This document shows positions 26,231-38,886 of a stretch of DNA of 64,000 nucleotides, piece by piece. This stretch comes from Camelus dromedarius (Eukaryota). A model generated the notes under the pieces. That model worked only from the letters and a program-made list of their open reading frames with translations, did not search any database and was not told the DNA's origin. Within the stretch, counting starts at the first letter, position 1; every line of letters begins with the position of its first letter. The stretch is from NCBI RefSeq assembly GCF_036321535.1, contig NC_087447.1, positions 28,458,001 to 28,522,000 of the forward strand, given 5' to 3'. The translations under genes and the position numbers were made by a program.

Positions 26231-28371
26231 AGCACTTAAGTGTCTTTGAAAAGGTTATCTAACTTCTTTAAACCAAACATTCTCATCCTAGAGATCTTGA
26301 ACTTAACTTATATTAAGATTTGTGGAATTTTTTTTTCCACTTTCTTTTCTGGAAAAAAAATTAAATGCTAAAGCTATTATTATCTAATAACTATCATGAG
26401 CAATTTTTCATATTTTAAAATAATATTCATATTATGATTGTAATGACTGTGCACTAGAATTCATATGAATATACAACAACTTATTTAATCATTTCTACTC
26501 ACAAGTGGGCCTTTTGTATTTAACAACACAAATAACTGGCTCATCGGTTTGACTGGGTATGCAAAACTACAACAAAATACATGTTGAAAACTAGATTGAT
26601 GATCTCAACTCCCAATATAGCTTTCCTTGGGGAACAGCAATATAGCTACAGCACTCCATCCCACACCACACTAATTGCCACAGTCAGTGTCTTAGCCCAG
26701 ACATCAAAGAGACTTGGCAAAAGCCTCCATATCTGGCCAACATAGGCACAGTTGACAAATACAAAACCTTAGGAGCAGACCTGAAGACAGATATGCCAAC
26801 TAAACACGGAAAATGATGCCAAGTCAGAACCTTCTCTTGTATCTGTCAACTCCACAGGTGGGCAATGAACCGGCATGCTCTGCTAGCATGTGGCATGTTT
26901 CCAAACCCAAGGCTTCTCTTCCAATTGAGAACCAATTAGGCTGAAAGTGCTTAACGATTAAATCCCTCCTCTTGGTATGTCCATAGTCCTACAAAATTCC
27001 AACGGATAATTACAGTAGGAGTAAAAGAGATCAGACTTACGAGTGCTTATAAAACACATCTGCAACTACCCAAGGCTATGTGATGTTAGTAGGATTATTG
27101 AGTACTCAGTGAGCACCTTTTCTCCTCTGCCTCCCATTGGTCTCACCCACAGGGATAATGGAGGTAGACAGATACAGAGTTCTAAGTGAAATATTGCACT
27201 ATTAAGTTTAAGTTTTATGCACATAATCAGATATGGTACTCCAATAGATGAAAGTCAGTTATTCTAAATTGCATTAATTGCTTGGCTTGGGAATGAGTTT
27301 TCCTGAGATCTCATGAAGCAGACCTATCCCACATACCCCTCCATTTCTGGTCTCCATATCTTGGATACATGCCCAGCATAGTGAACTTCATTATTGTATA
27401 ATAATATATATATGTATACTTTTTTTTCTAGCAGCAAGCTTAGTGGGAGGATTCTCAGAAATATATAACACATGACTGACAACCTCCTGGGATTTCCTAG
27501 GAAAGAAGTAATCTTAACAAAATTGGAAACTTTCCTGCACACCTTAGTCCTTTTACAACGTCAACGGTTCCCTTCATGGATCCTAAAAACCTATAAATTA
27601 TTACAAAAAAAGAAAATGCTCATCCAGTCAAGATTCTGAAGAAGTGTCCAGAGACTTCTAGTAAAAGGTGACGATTTCTCTTCTGCCCCAACTCGATCCT
27701 AAACGGACATTCACCACAGCACCTATAGCACCTTACGGCATTTTTATTTTTGCATTCTGCACACACACGCATGTGTGTGTACACATGCAGACAATTACTG
27801 TTTCTAAAACTGTGGGTTTACAGAGCACCAATAGCAGACTCATGGGAGTGGAGTGGTTAATAAAGTACTTTCCTGGGACCTGCTCCAGCCAGTTCAGCTA
27901 AATTAGAATATCTGGAGAGTGGGAAGTGGGATTCAGTCAGACAATAAAATCTAATGACCACTGCTCTGAACTGTAATTCTCTAAAGCACAAGGAATAGAA
28001 GACATTTGGGATCAAAGGAAGGACTTTTGAGATCTACCAGGTTACTCCACCCAGGACACAGGTACTAGTCCATTCTGCCTACAAGGACCAGACCAGCCCC
28101 ACTTGGCCTAAAAAGTCTCCAGCATCCCATTTGTCTTGTTAGAAATTCTTTCCCTTTGAATATGAAGCTCCTGGTGAGCGCAGTACACAATTTCTCATTC
28201 TCATTGTCTGGGAGAAGGTCTCTGAGCAAGAATGAAATTTGGGATAATAAAAGAATTGAGTTCCTAAGCTGTTTTAAGGAATTACCTTTAAGACTAATCA
28301 CAAAACAATGTCCTAGTATAACGTAGACTGGAACTGCTTAAAATAGGAATGATGAATCTGGATTTCCTTAC

Positions 28372-28610
28372 TTTCAATTCATTCAGTAATTCATTTACTC
28401 CCTCATTTATTCATTTTCAATTCAATAAATATTAATTGAGCACCTACCATGTACCAGGCACTGATAGAATGGCTAAGGATAAATTAGACAGACAAAAGTC
28501 TCTGCCCTTGTGTGGTGTAAATTTGGTTCATTTATTCACTCATTCATTTACTCATTCATTTGTTTAACAAATTTACTAAATACACTATTTGGAAGCAACT
28601 GTGATGTATA
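28372..28610 (-). mobile_element. Two L2 3' tails
   Basis: caataaatattaattgagcacctaccatgtaccaggcactg plus TTCA-rich tails. Confidence 0.75.
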
Positions 28611-29282
28611 TTACGAAGAATCTTTAGCCAAATTATGCACAGGCCATGCCCTCAAGCAGCTTTTAACCTAGCTGCTGTATCAGAGTTTGAAATAATTCTT
28701 TCTAGTACTGGGCAAAATAAAATAAATACTAAGCCCCAGAATGAAATTACTTCTGACATCTGAGGAGGGGTTTGAGCTAAGCCATAATGTGCAGCAGATT
28801 TTGTCACACAGATATGAGAAGAACATTCATCAGCTGAAATGAGAAAAGGCAAATATGAGTATCTAATATTTGAGAAAAGGTGTAATAGGATGAAGTTTTA
28901 TAGAGTGGGCTTAAGAATTGGAGAAATAAACATCAGAACAGGTTGAAGAATAGCTGGCTAAAGATTTAGTCTACATTGCATCTCTATATGTATGTATTCT
29001 TTTTCCATTTATTCACTAATTACTTATTTAAAATATTCTTTGGGCACCTAATATGTACCAGATGTCATACTAGTGAATAAATATAAATGAGATCTGATCT
29101 ACGCCCTTGAAGACCTCAGGGACCAAGAGAGAAACAGTGGGTACAGGGCACGTGTGCCACTTCTGCTCCTCTCACGCATGGATGAAATCACTAATAACAT
29201 AGTACCCCTTTCTATGGAGCCTCTGAATGTTTTAAAACATAGTCTTCCATGCAGGCATTTCAAAAAAATCAATTTTAGTGTA

Positions 29283-31187
29283 TGAGCCATATGGAGGAGG
29301 GCTGAGATTTCCCAGTCAAAGCTCCTCTCCATCAGCCAGATCCCAGAAGATCCCCCAACCTACCACAGATAAAAGAGCACAGAGGCACTGAGATTAGCAC
29401 AGATCTGCAAGATCTTGTACCAATGCACAGACTTGTAAGAAATAATACATGGTTGTTACTTTAACTCACTAGGTTTTGGAGTGGTTTGTGATGCACAGTA
29501 GCAAAATGACAAAGAATCTGGCAATGTACTTGGGTTCTGCCATAACAAAAACTTTGTGTATGTGATATTGGCTTTGGGTCAGACCAATCAACAGAAGCTG
29601 GAATAATGGGGAGGAAACTGTTAAAAGAAACTGGAAAAATGGTGATGCATTCCATATAATGGTGAAACAATTGGTAAAAATGTCATGTATTGTAACTAAG
29701 AAGACAGAAGATGTAGTAATGAACTTTTGGACTTGAACAATGAGATTTCCCAGGCAAAACCTTCAAGGTGCCAAACAGCTCTTATTGGATGTATCTGATA
29801 AACTGCTATAAGGAGATGTTCTAAAGAAAAAAAAGAAAACTAGCTAGTTTATAAGCAGAACATAGAGGAAATAAAGAGGGTTCATGATTTTCTGGCAGAG
29901 AACATAAAACTTTTTCATCTCTAGCCTCTCTGGGAAGCAGAAAATTTCTCAAAATAAAATACCACCTGGGGACAAAAGATCAAATTACAGGTGTGGCTAT
30001 AAGGCCCTGTGTAAAGATCTGTGAAAGAATTAAGGGAAAGCCTGGTAGAACTTCTCTGCAATACTGAAAGACTTTTAAAGTTGTGGCTTTTAGTTCATGG
30101 AATAAAATCACATCATATTCAAAGGAAATCCGCAGTGTTTTTAATTAGGCTGGATTGGCAATGTTCTGTTAGTATGGACTAAAAGGAATTGAGACTGTAG
30201 AAAAAAATGTCTCAAAATTGTAGAAAGACCTTTGTGCCCCCACCTCTCTACAGGCAGAAAGTAGAAATGCTTCCCAATGCCCTCTTCAGAAGGAGCTAAG
30301 GAGGGTGAAAAGGAAATGACATGCCAGAGAGCTGAGCCACAGAGGACCATGGACTGGGAGCCATTCCCAGAGAGCAGAACTGAAGTCTAATCAAAGAATA
30401 TCCCCATGTCCACAGTAGGGGAAATTGGCAGAATTTGCACAGAAAAAGTTTGGGATTGCTATGGGTGACTGCTCTGTACATTCTTTTCTTTCCCTTTCCA
30501 AATGAGAGTATTAATACAGGTTATTCTGTTCTCATTTCATCACTATATGGTGGGTATACATAGTGTGGATAATTTTTTTTAGTGTGTAACTTTCTGAATC
30601 AAGAGGAATTTATATGAACCTGATGTAGATCATAATACTCTAGACTTCCAGCATGATGCCATGACTTGAGATATGGGAGGGTCTTGGGATGGGAGTGAAC
30701 ATATTTTCCATGTGACATCATGTTAGTAATTGTGGCCAGAAAACAGACTATGGCAGATTGTTTGAATTAGAGGCCCTAGGTTTCCATGCCTCCTTATATC
30801 CATGTTTTTTGGGAATGTTTTCTCATTCTAACCCTGGGCTTGACCAGTGACTTGTTTAGACCAATGAGAAAAATCTTATACCAGCAGAGACTTGAAGAAG
30901 TTCCTGTGCATTTCTTCCTTCTCTCTTTTGATCCCTGACATTGCCATTAGAACATACCTGGGCTAGCCTCCCAGAAGGAATGAGAGACACATAGAAAAGA
31001 ACCTATTGTAGATGTGACAACTCCTAGTCAGCCTGCCAGCTGACTGCACTCGCCCAAGAGAACCTAGTCAAAGTGAGCTGAGCCTGGCCCAGATCAGCAA
31101 AACCACTCAGCCAATGTGTAAACTCATGAGAAATAATGGATACTAAGTTCAGGGTGGCATGTTACACAGCAAAGGCAAATTGATATA
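29283..31187 (+). mobile_element. MaLR provirus remnant (MLT1H-like): partial 5' LTR ~29283-29511, internal ~29512-30748, 3' LTR 30749-31187
   Basis: the LTR pieces align (cagatctgcaag...agaaataat...ggtttgtgatgcacagtagc vs cagatcagcaaa...agaaataat...gttacacagcaaaggc); the internal starts gggttctgccataacaaaaac. Confidence 0.78.
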
Positions 31188-31789
31188 GATAGTATGTGAG
31201 ATGAAATCTATTTGCCATCTCAGTACTAAAAACTCCCTTTAATTAGGCTAATTTGAAAAATATTCCCTATTAACAGGTTCATCTTGTAATGATACCATAA
31301 AATGTCAGCCAGATAGACACCTCTAACTTACAAACATTAATAAGAATAGCAGAGAGACTACTACAGTGTAAAAATTCAACAAGTCAGTGTCTGAAACCTT
31401 GAAAACAACCATGGTCAGAGATGTGATTATTCTATTTGCAGCCTCTTCACTATAGGATGATGCCCAAGGAGGCCACCCGTTCCTTAGGAATAAGGCTGGT
31501 TTAATTATATTTGGTAATTAGATATCTCTTTAATAAAAATCACACTTAGGACAAATGGGGGATTCTTAGTGGGATTAGAGAAGAAAGGATTGACCTATGA
31601 GGCATAATCAAAGGAGAAACCAACTAGTCTTATGGTCTGACTGTGGATGGGGAAGCATGAAAAATGAGGAATCAAAGATGGTAAGAACCCAGTAATTAAT
31701 CTGCTTAGAAACCTTCGATGGATCTTTGGGAATTTCTGTGATATCCCTCTAAAGTCTAAGCTTCATGAAGGACTGGGTAATTAAAAATC

Positions 31790-32285
31790 ATCATTATTAT
31801 CCTCACAAAAGCTAACATCTATTGAGTGTTAATGTTTGTTACACACCAGGCAGTGTACTGAGAAATTTCCCTTCATTAATTGTCTTGTTCACTCTTTACA
31901 ACAACCCCAAAAAACAGGAACTGATATTACCCCCATTTTATAGATGAGAAGCTGAAGTCTTGGGAGCTTGAAGTAGCTTACCCACGGTCAGCCTGCTAGG
32001 ACACAGTGGAGTTTAGAGTTCAAACAGAGGTTTGTCTCTGACTGCAAAGCAGTTACACTTTTTTTTTTTTTTTTTTAATTGAAGTGTAGTTGATTTACAA
32101 CGTTAGTTTCAGGTGTACAGCAAAGCGATTTAGTTACACACATACATACATATATTTTTTCTTTTCAGATTATTTTCCATTATATCTTATTACAAGAAAT
32201 TGAATATAATTCCCTGTGCTATACAGTAGGTCCTTGTTGTTTATCTATTTGTCTTACTCTTAAACATTACCTATGCTACCTCTCA
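31790..32285 (-). mobile_element. MIR SINE split by an L1 insertion
   Basis: cccccattttatagatgagaagctgaag...tctgactgcaaagc [L1] ttactcttaaacattacctatgct. Confidence 0.8.
32059..32250 (-). mobile_element. 5'-truncated cetartiodactyl-type L1 3' end
   Basis: T18 tail, then aattgaagtgtagttgatttacaacgttagtttcaggtgtacagc...ttccctgtgctatacagtagg; same 3' UTR type as the L1 at 46360. Confidence 0.9.
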
Positions 32286-32834
32286 TTAGAATACTTATTA
32301 GCTCCCCAGTGTCAATTCAGGTTTAGCAAATGGTAGATACAATACATATTTGCTGAATGAATGAATGGAAAAAATAAATAAAAAAGATAAATGAATAAAA
32401 AAATGAGTAAGAAAATGATAGTACCAATGACAGAGGGGGGAAAAAAACTGAGAGAAGGACCTTAAGGAAGGAGTAGGAAGACTTTGGACATTGTTATGCT
32501 AATAAGAAAATGACAATTCCTGCATATGTTCAAGAAGAAATTAATAGGATGGGATTTGAGAAAGAAATTAAATGAACATGGGTTTTTGACATTGTCAGTA
32601 TAAAGGTAACCAGGTTATTTAAACAGGAGTGACTTTTGCAGATGTGGAGGCAAAAGGCAAAAACAGAGGGAAAGGGGGTCACCAAAACGAGCCAGTGGAC
32701 AAGTTCTGGGAGTTTACTGCTAAGAAGGACTATTTCCCAGTCATGGTCAAATACAATCATACTATAAAGCATTCTTCCCAGGGTGCACCTGCTTCCATGT
32801 GCACTGACCCAAATTAGCAAGAACAGCTGAGAAT

Positions 32835-33050
32835 TCATTGATTATGTCCCTACTTGTACTATTCACTGTGCCAGACCCTTTATATGCATTCCATAATTTA
32901 ATCCTCACAGCAACACTTTGAGATTGATACCATTCCTTCCATTTTACGGGTGAGGCTCAGCCAGAGAATGATCGTTCAGGTAGAAAATGGCTGAGAGGTT
33001 CAAACTTCGATCTAACACTAAAAACCCTTTCTTATTTTCTTATACCATGC
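32835..33050 (-). mobile_element. MIR SINE
   Basis: aatttaatcctcacagcaacactttgag...ccattttacgggtgagg. Confidence 0.75.
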
Positions 33051-34579
33051 AGACAGAACTGCCAGGTTACTGACTGAAAGGGAAAAGTTCCCCCTTTTGC
33101 CTTCAATGGACAATGTTGAAGAAGAAACACCTCTAACACATTCCCCCTCTCCCCTCTAACACATTTCCAAGGAGAGAAAAGAAATTGAGTGGTTATTTCC
33201 AGTCAATTGAGTGATTATATCAGCAATTATTGATCCTTATACTTAATTCCAAAAAGAAAGAAATACACCCAACTTTGATTAAACTACCGCAACACCATGC
33301 AGACTATGAGACAGAGAAATAAAATAGCAGTGAGCTGCTTTTCTTTTCCAGCTCAGTGTCTTTATTCTTTTGCATCCTCAATTGATATCCAAACCACTTA
33401 TTTTGCCCATGTCAAACTATAAGGTTTGACAAAGAATTTGGTCATCCTATTATAATCCCTTGCATGGCACAAAAGAGCATTCTCCATGAGGTGGATGCCA
33501 AGTCACATAAGGTTTTGGAGTGGAAAATTGGAGTCTTTCCCGCACCCATAGTTACATACTCTGGTGTTAATGGAAGGATTTCTCCAATCCTAATAAGGGC
33601 TGGGAGGGAGTCAAGAATCCCGTGACGAGCTCCCTGCAGAAACACAGTTTGCTTGTTGTCCAATAAGCTGTTAGTCTGACTTTTTCTTGGACTGACAGTA
33701 TAGATTTCACTAGACATAAACATCCTCATTCCCCTGTTTAAAGTATTTTTATAAGCAGACAACTTCCACCAATGTTCTAAGGCACTTCTGACTTTCAACC
33801 TTCTTTAACTGTCATTTAAGGACATGCATTATGTCCTCTAACATTATAGATTTTGATAGCAAGAACTCTCTAAACAGGAGTTTCAGTGGTGGCAAGATAA
33901 AACTGAGAATAGAGTCTTAGTTTGAGGGACTTGTTATATAAAATAGGGTAAGGTAAACAATAGGAGGCAGATCCAGCTGTAGTTCTGACAGTCCATCAGA
34001 AGTGCAAACCGTTCTGGAAAGGGGTAGCTGTCCAGGCAGGCAGGCAGTGTCATAGTGGGTCAAAAAGTCAGGCAGGTAGAACAGGGTGATGAGCACTCCA
34101 GACACAGGTAATACAAACAGGTGGTCAGCACCGAGGGTTAGCCTGGCCCCAGCAGGGACTGGGCTTCAGGAACAGAACTCTAGTCATCAGGATATGGGGT
34201 GGGGGGATCTGTTGGTGACAAATGCAGGCCCCATTCTCAGAAGTACCAGGGTCTTGGAAAAGAAATAAAGACACAAGGGAACAGGACAGAAACTCTAGCA
34301 GTGATTTGACCTCATGAATGCGGAGGAGTTGGGCTTGTTAAGGAGATCATGCCTGATCAGAAGGAAAAATGAGGTCCTGAGCTCTGAAGCCAGATTTAGG
34401 GCAAGATGTCTCCCCAACCCCAAGTCTATGCTGGTCCTCAGCTTGCCTCACAGAGTCATTTTTGTGGTTTAGAGGGATTAAGCCAATCCTTATAGTGACT
34501 TATTGATAACACAACTTTTTATTTCATGCCAGGTTCAAGTCCAGAGCACTGAGCATGTAGAAGACACAATTACAACCAT

Positions 34580-34810
34580 ACGTAACTAAGTGTATTCTAT
34601 GTGCTAGACACTAGTCTAGATGATTGACATGTAGTTTCTCATTTAATTGTATCCTAAGAAATATACACTATGACTCCTATTTGAAAGACAAGGAATCCAA
34701 GGCCAGGTAGGTGAAGTAAATTGTCCGAAGTCATGCATTTAATAAATGATGATGCTGGAATACAGATACAGACAGCTTAACAACAGAACCCAATCTTTAA
34801 ACAATATTGC
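34580..34810 (-). mobile_element. MIR SINE
   Basis: ctatgtgctagacactagtc...ctcatttaatt...gtgaagtaaattgtccgaagtcatgc. Confidence 0.75.
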
Positions 34811-34829
34811 CAATCTTGTTGGTATACAC

Positions 34830-35390
34830 TTTTTACAGCAACAATTTGCTGAATTCGTGTTATATGGCAAAGTCTATGCTAGATATTATAGGTACCATTA
34901 ATGCCCTTAAGGAGCTTGGATTATAGTGGGAAGAGAGATGTATTAAAGATAGTAACACTTATTCCTGGGCCTGCTGGGAGGCTAGAGGGTGCTCTGAGAG
35001 CCCTTGACACTGGGACCAGACACTCCCTCAAAGTGAGACCTTCTGAGGGATGATTAGTGACAGAGGATTAGTGGTCATGAAAGCTAAGGATGGAGAGCAA
35101 GAGGAAAAAAAACCCCAACTTCCTCAAAGTCCCAGACGTAAGAAAAAGCTTGATTTCTTTCAAGTTACTGTGGACAGGAGTGAAGGGTATATAAGAAGGT
35201 GGGAGGAAGAGATAAGAGATGTCACCAGAGAGATGGGCAGAGCCTCATTATGCAGGAACAGGGAGGCCACATTCAGAAGTCTGAATTTCACTCCAATGAA
35301 AAAGTCAGAAAGGAGTTAAGAGGAGAGTCACGTGACCAGATGTGCATTTTGAGAAGACATTCTGGTTTCTGTGTAGAGAGAATAGATAGA
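34830..35390 (-). mobile_element. L2 remnant
   Basis: gcccttaaggagcttggattatagtggg...gaccagatgtgcattttgagaagacattctgg. Confidence 0.6.
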
Positions 35391-35422
35391 TGGACAGATG
35401 GACAGATGGACAGATGGACAGA
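35388..35422. repeat. Octanucleotide tandem repeat (AGATGGAC)x4
   Basis: four perfect copies seen directly. Confidence 0.95.
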
Positions 35423-36728
35423 AAACCAACTCTTGCTCTTCATACTCCATGAAACCAGTCCCAGTAGGTTAAACTGCTCCTGTAGCCCGCCTGCCCCTTC
35501 GTCTTCTAGTAGGGCCTAGAGCACAGAAGACAGCCCCAGAGGCCAAGTCTACCAGCAGCAATGCTATCACATGGAAACAATGAGTGGTTTTCATTTAATG
35601 ATGGTTTCCTTCCATGCTCAGCATGGCCCCTCATGCTCCCATCCCCAGCCAGGTAGCCCTCACTGGTTTCTGAGTCTCCATGCCCAGGTTTTATAGCTCT
35701 GACAGGCCATCTACAACCCTCCAAGGCTACTCAAGTAACTGTAAACGTATGTTTTCTGCTCTCCCCACATCCCTGCAGTAGACCCACAGACTGTGGCTCA
35801 ACACAGAGGAAAAAAAGTCCAGAAGAGGTCTGGAATGTTCATTGTAATCCCAACCACACAAAAGGTCTTGGTCTAATGTGATAAGTCATACCTTCGACAT
35901 CTGTCAGGGGAAGAATTGAAAGGGCCACATCTCTTGTTCTGTGTGTGGCCAAATGGTTTTCTCCCAGCACTAAGCAAGCCCATTTGAGGCACAGGTTGGC
36001 CAGGGTCAATTCCTTTACCATCACACACATTTCAACAATCCAGGTGCTCATGGAATATAAAGTTCTATAACCGACAACAAAGAGAGAGCTTTGAAGAGCC
36101 TTTTAGAAGGAATTATGTCTACAAAATCCTAATTGTTGCACTGACCTTATGCCTCTCTTGTGTTCCTACCACCTTCTTTGTTACAGTTATGTACCTTCCC
36201 TACACTTTTACCCCATCTTATCCTCCATGCAGAGGACCAAATAGGAGGGAGGGGCCTACAGTAGTTGCTCACTTTGGGTACCTGTAGGCAAAGCAAGAGG
36301 TGATGATTTTAGTTCTTTTTCACAAGATCATGCAGCCTAGAAAAAGAAAGGGCAAATGTTTAGAAAGAATAAAACAAGCAACAGGTTAGACATTTTCACT
36401 CCTTCTCTGTAAGACTAAGTTATTTTTATTAGCAAGATTAGTTTAGAAAACTTTATAACCACTGTGACTACAAAAAATGATGCAATATTAGCATCATACC
36501 AAAACGACAGATGTAAATGCCAGTAGAGAGAACACTCAGAATAGCGTAAAGGGCCCTAAAAATGTAAAGATCCATGATGAGATTTCTCATTAGTCCCATG
36601 TAGCTATGACATCGCACCTGTAGTCAATATTTTGTCATCCACATTCAAAATAGAGCTGATTTAAGAACAAACAAACAAATAAGCAAGCAAACAAACAAAA
36701 TAAACCTTCACTCAGTTTCCTGAAATAG

Positions 36729-37113
36729 NNNNNNNNNNNNNNNNNNNNNNNNNNNNNNNNNNNNNNNNNNNNNNNNNNNNNNNNNNNNNNNNNNNNNNNN
36801 NNNNNNNNNNNNNNNNNNNNNNNNNNNNNNNNNNNNNNNNNNNNNNNNNNNNNNNNNNNNNNNNNNNNNNNNNNNNNNNNNNNNNNNNNNNNNNNNNNNN
36901 NNNNNNNNNNNNNNNNNNNNNNNNNNNNNNNNNNNNNNNNNNNNNNNNNNNNNNNNNNNNNNNNNNNNNNNNNNNNNNNNNNNNNNNNNNNNNNNNNNNN
37001 NNNNNNNNNNNNNNNNNNNNNNNNNNNNNNNNNNNNNNNNNNNNNNNNNNNNNNNNNNNNNNNNNNNNNNNNNNNNNNNNNNNNNNNNNNNNNNNNNNNN
37101 NNNNNNNNNNNNN
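36729..37113. other. N run (385 nt), content unknown
   Basis: seen directly; flanks not recognisable as L1. Confidence 0.99.
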
Positions 37114-38344
37114 AGGCTAAGGTGATGGGATAAAGCCCATGCACTTCATTCACACAGGAATGTTCCTGGGCTCACATTTGGAGTCAATTTACTTATATTT
37201 TAGGCAAAACTTTAGAGAGATGATGGTCTACTTTCCCAGTTCAAGGTATCCTGGAGGCAGCAGGTCACCAGGGAGACACACACTGGCAGCATGAAAAAGT
37301 GAAAGCTGGCAGCCCAAGAGTTGATGAAGATGGAAAAACTCTGAAAAGTTGATACCAGAACCCTAATATAGAGCTCTGCACTCAACAGGCTCTATTACAG
37401 CCTGTTAGAATAATTTATGATTGAGTCAGAAAGACAAGATCGAATTAGAATGTTCTATTTAATAAAGCAAGGAAATATATATACATTTTCAAAGATGTTC
37501 ACCAAAAATAGTTTAAATGAACCTATTTTTATACATATGAACCTTGTAACCAGAACAACTCATTTCCTTAATATTCTAGATGGAAAGTTAACATTTTACT
37601 GTACATTGGTTATGTCCTAATTTCAATCTCAAACTACCTGCCCCTCACTGACCAGGGAGACACATTCAGGAAGCACAATGTCATTATGCTAATACTGCCC
37701 TAAGCTTAACAAAATTAGGTAAATGTGCTGCCACCACCCCCAAAATAGAATCACACATTGCTACCCCAGCCCCAAATATATGACTCCAGAGTTATCTATG
37801 CCCCTGCCTGCTGCCAGTCATAACCAATATATTTTAGTGTATGTGCTGATCAAGTTTAAATCTGATTTTAGCAGACCACTTAAGAAGACATCCCTCTAGC
37901 ATTTTGTGATTCAATTTATCTTTGAATCCCTTGAGTCAGAATCTCAAGAAATCACATCACTTGAACCTTGAAGAGAAAGACAACAGATTGACTGGGACCT
38001 AGAAGATGGAGCAAGAACCTACAGAAATAAGATTTTGCACGAGTCTTTTCACAAACATTAACAGTGGAAAAATCAGGGTCACCAAAGCCAGAGCAAACTA
38101 GAGATAAGAATGCTGTACTAATGGTCAAGGTTTCTAGACACCATCAATATTGAAGTGAGAGTGAAAAGGAATAAAAGAAGACAAAAGATAAGTGTACAAA
38201 CACCAGGAATCACCATCCACTTGGGGACAGCATGCCAAATTTTTTAGCACAGTGTCAAGGAGGAAAGAACCCCACAGAGAAAAGGTTTGCAAGGTCATTC
38301 ATAAAGACTCATGGGCAGTGCTATAGGTTGGAGAAAGGGGGTGT

Positions 38345-38850
38345 TTCAGACAGGATAATGCTATAGTGAACAACTTCCACAGTTCAAAGCTTAAAACAAC
38401 AAAGGTCTCTTTCTTTCTCATGACACATGTCCACGTCCACGGTGGGTCAGCTGGGGCTCTGCTCTATGTTGCCTGCTCTCCTCACCCTAGGATCTCGGCT
38501 AACAAACCAGCTGTTATCTGGTCATTACAGTTTATAGTGACAGAAGGAAGGAGAGGAAGTAGTAAAGCATGTGTTGACTTCTAGGACCTCTACCTGGATG
38601 ACATTTTGGAGGGAGGGAGGTAATTACGATTTTTAAAAAATTTTATTTAATTTTTATTTTTTAAATTAATTAAAAAAATTTTCAATGGAGGTATTGGGGA
38701 CTGAACCCAGGACCTTGTGCATGCTAAGCATGCACTTTACCAGTGAGGTAGACCCTCCCCTCCCCTGACGACTTTTAAGGGAGTAGGAAGTACAACCGTC
38801 CTGCAGAGGGGCTTCCAATATTGATGCACTGGATTGTGGTCACTGGAGGC
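38345..38850 (-). mobile_element. MLT1J-like LTR split by a SINE
   Basis: ttaaaacaacaaaggt...ggtcagctggggctctgctc; resumes aagggagtaggaagtacaa after the SINE. Confidence 0.7.
38637..38765 (-). mobile_element. tRNA-Ala-derived camelid SINE (Vic-1 type)
   Basis: reverse complement GGGGAGGG...GTAAAGTGCATGCTTAGCATGCACAAGGTCCTGGGTTCAGTCCCCAATACCTCCA plus AT-rich tail; TSD ACGATTTTTAA (38626-36) / ACGACTTTTAA (38768-78). Confidence 0.9.
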
Positions 38851-38886
38851 AGTTGGGTAAAAAAAGACAAGCTGTCCACCAGAGAT

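Noticed and set aside
28065-28301. Minus-strand ORF with a plausible acceptor near 28225
   Set aside because: No good donor found and no recognisable protein.
33442-33798. 118-aa minus-strand ORF in unique DNA
   Set aside because: No recognised domain and only weak splice signals; a blastp or conservation check would be needed to revive it.
35388-35422. Short direct repeats as a CRISPR-like or structured array
   Set aside because: Simple head-to-tail 8-mer tandem with no spacers, in a eukaryotic context.
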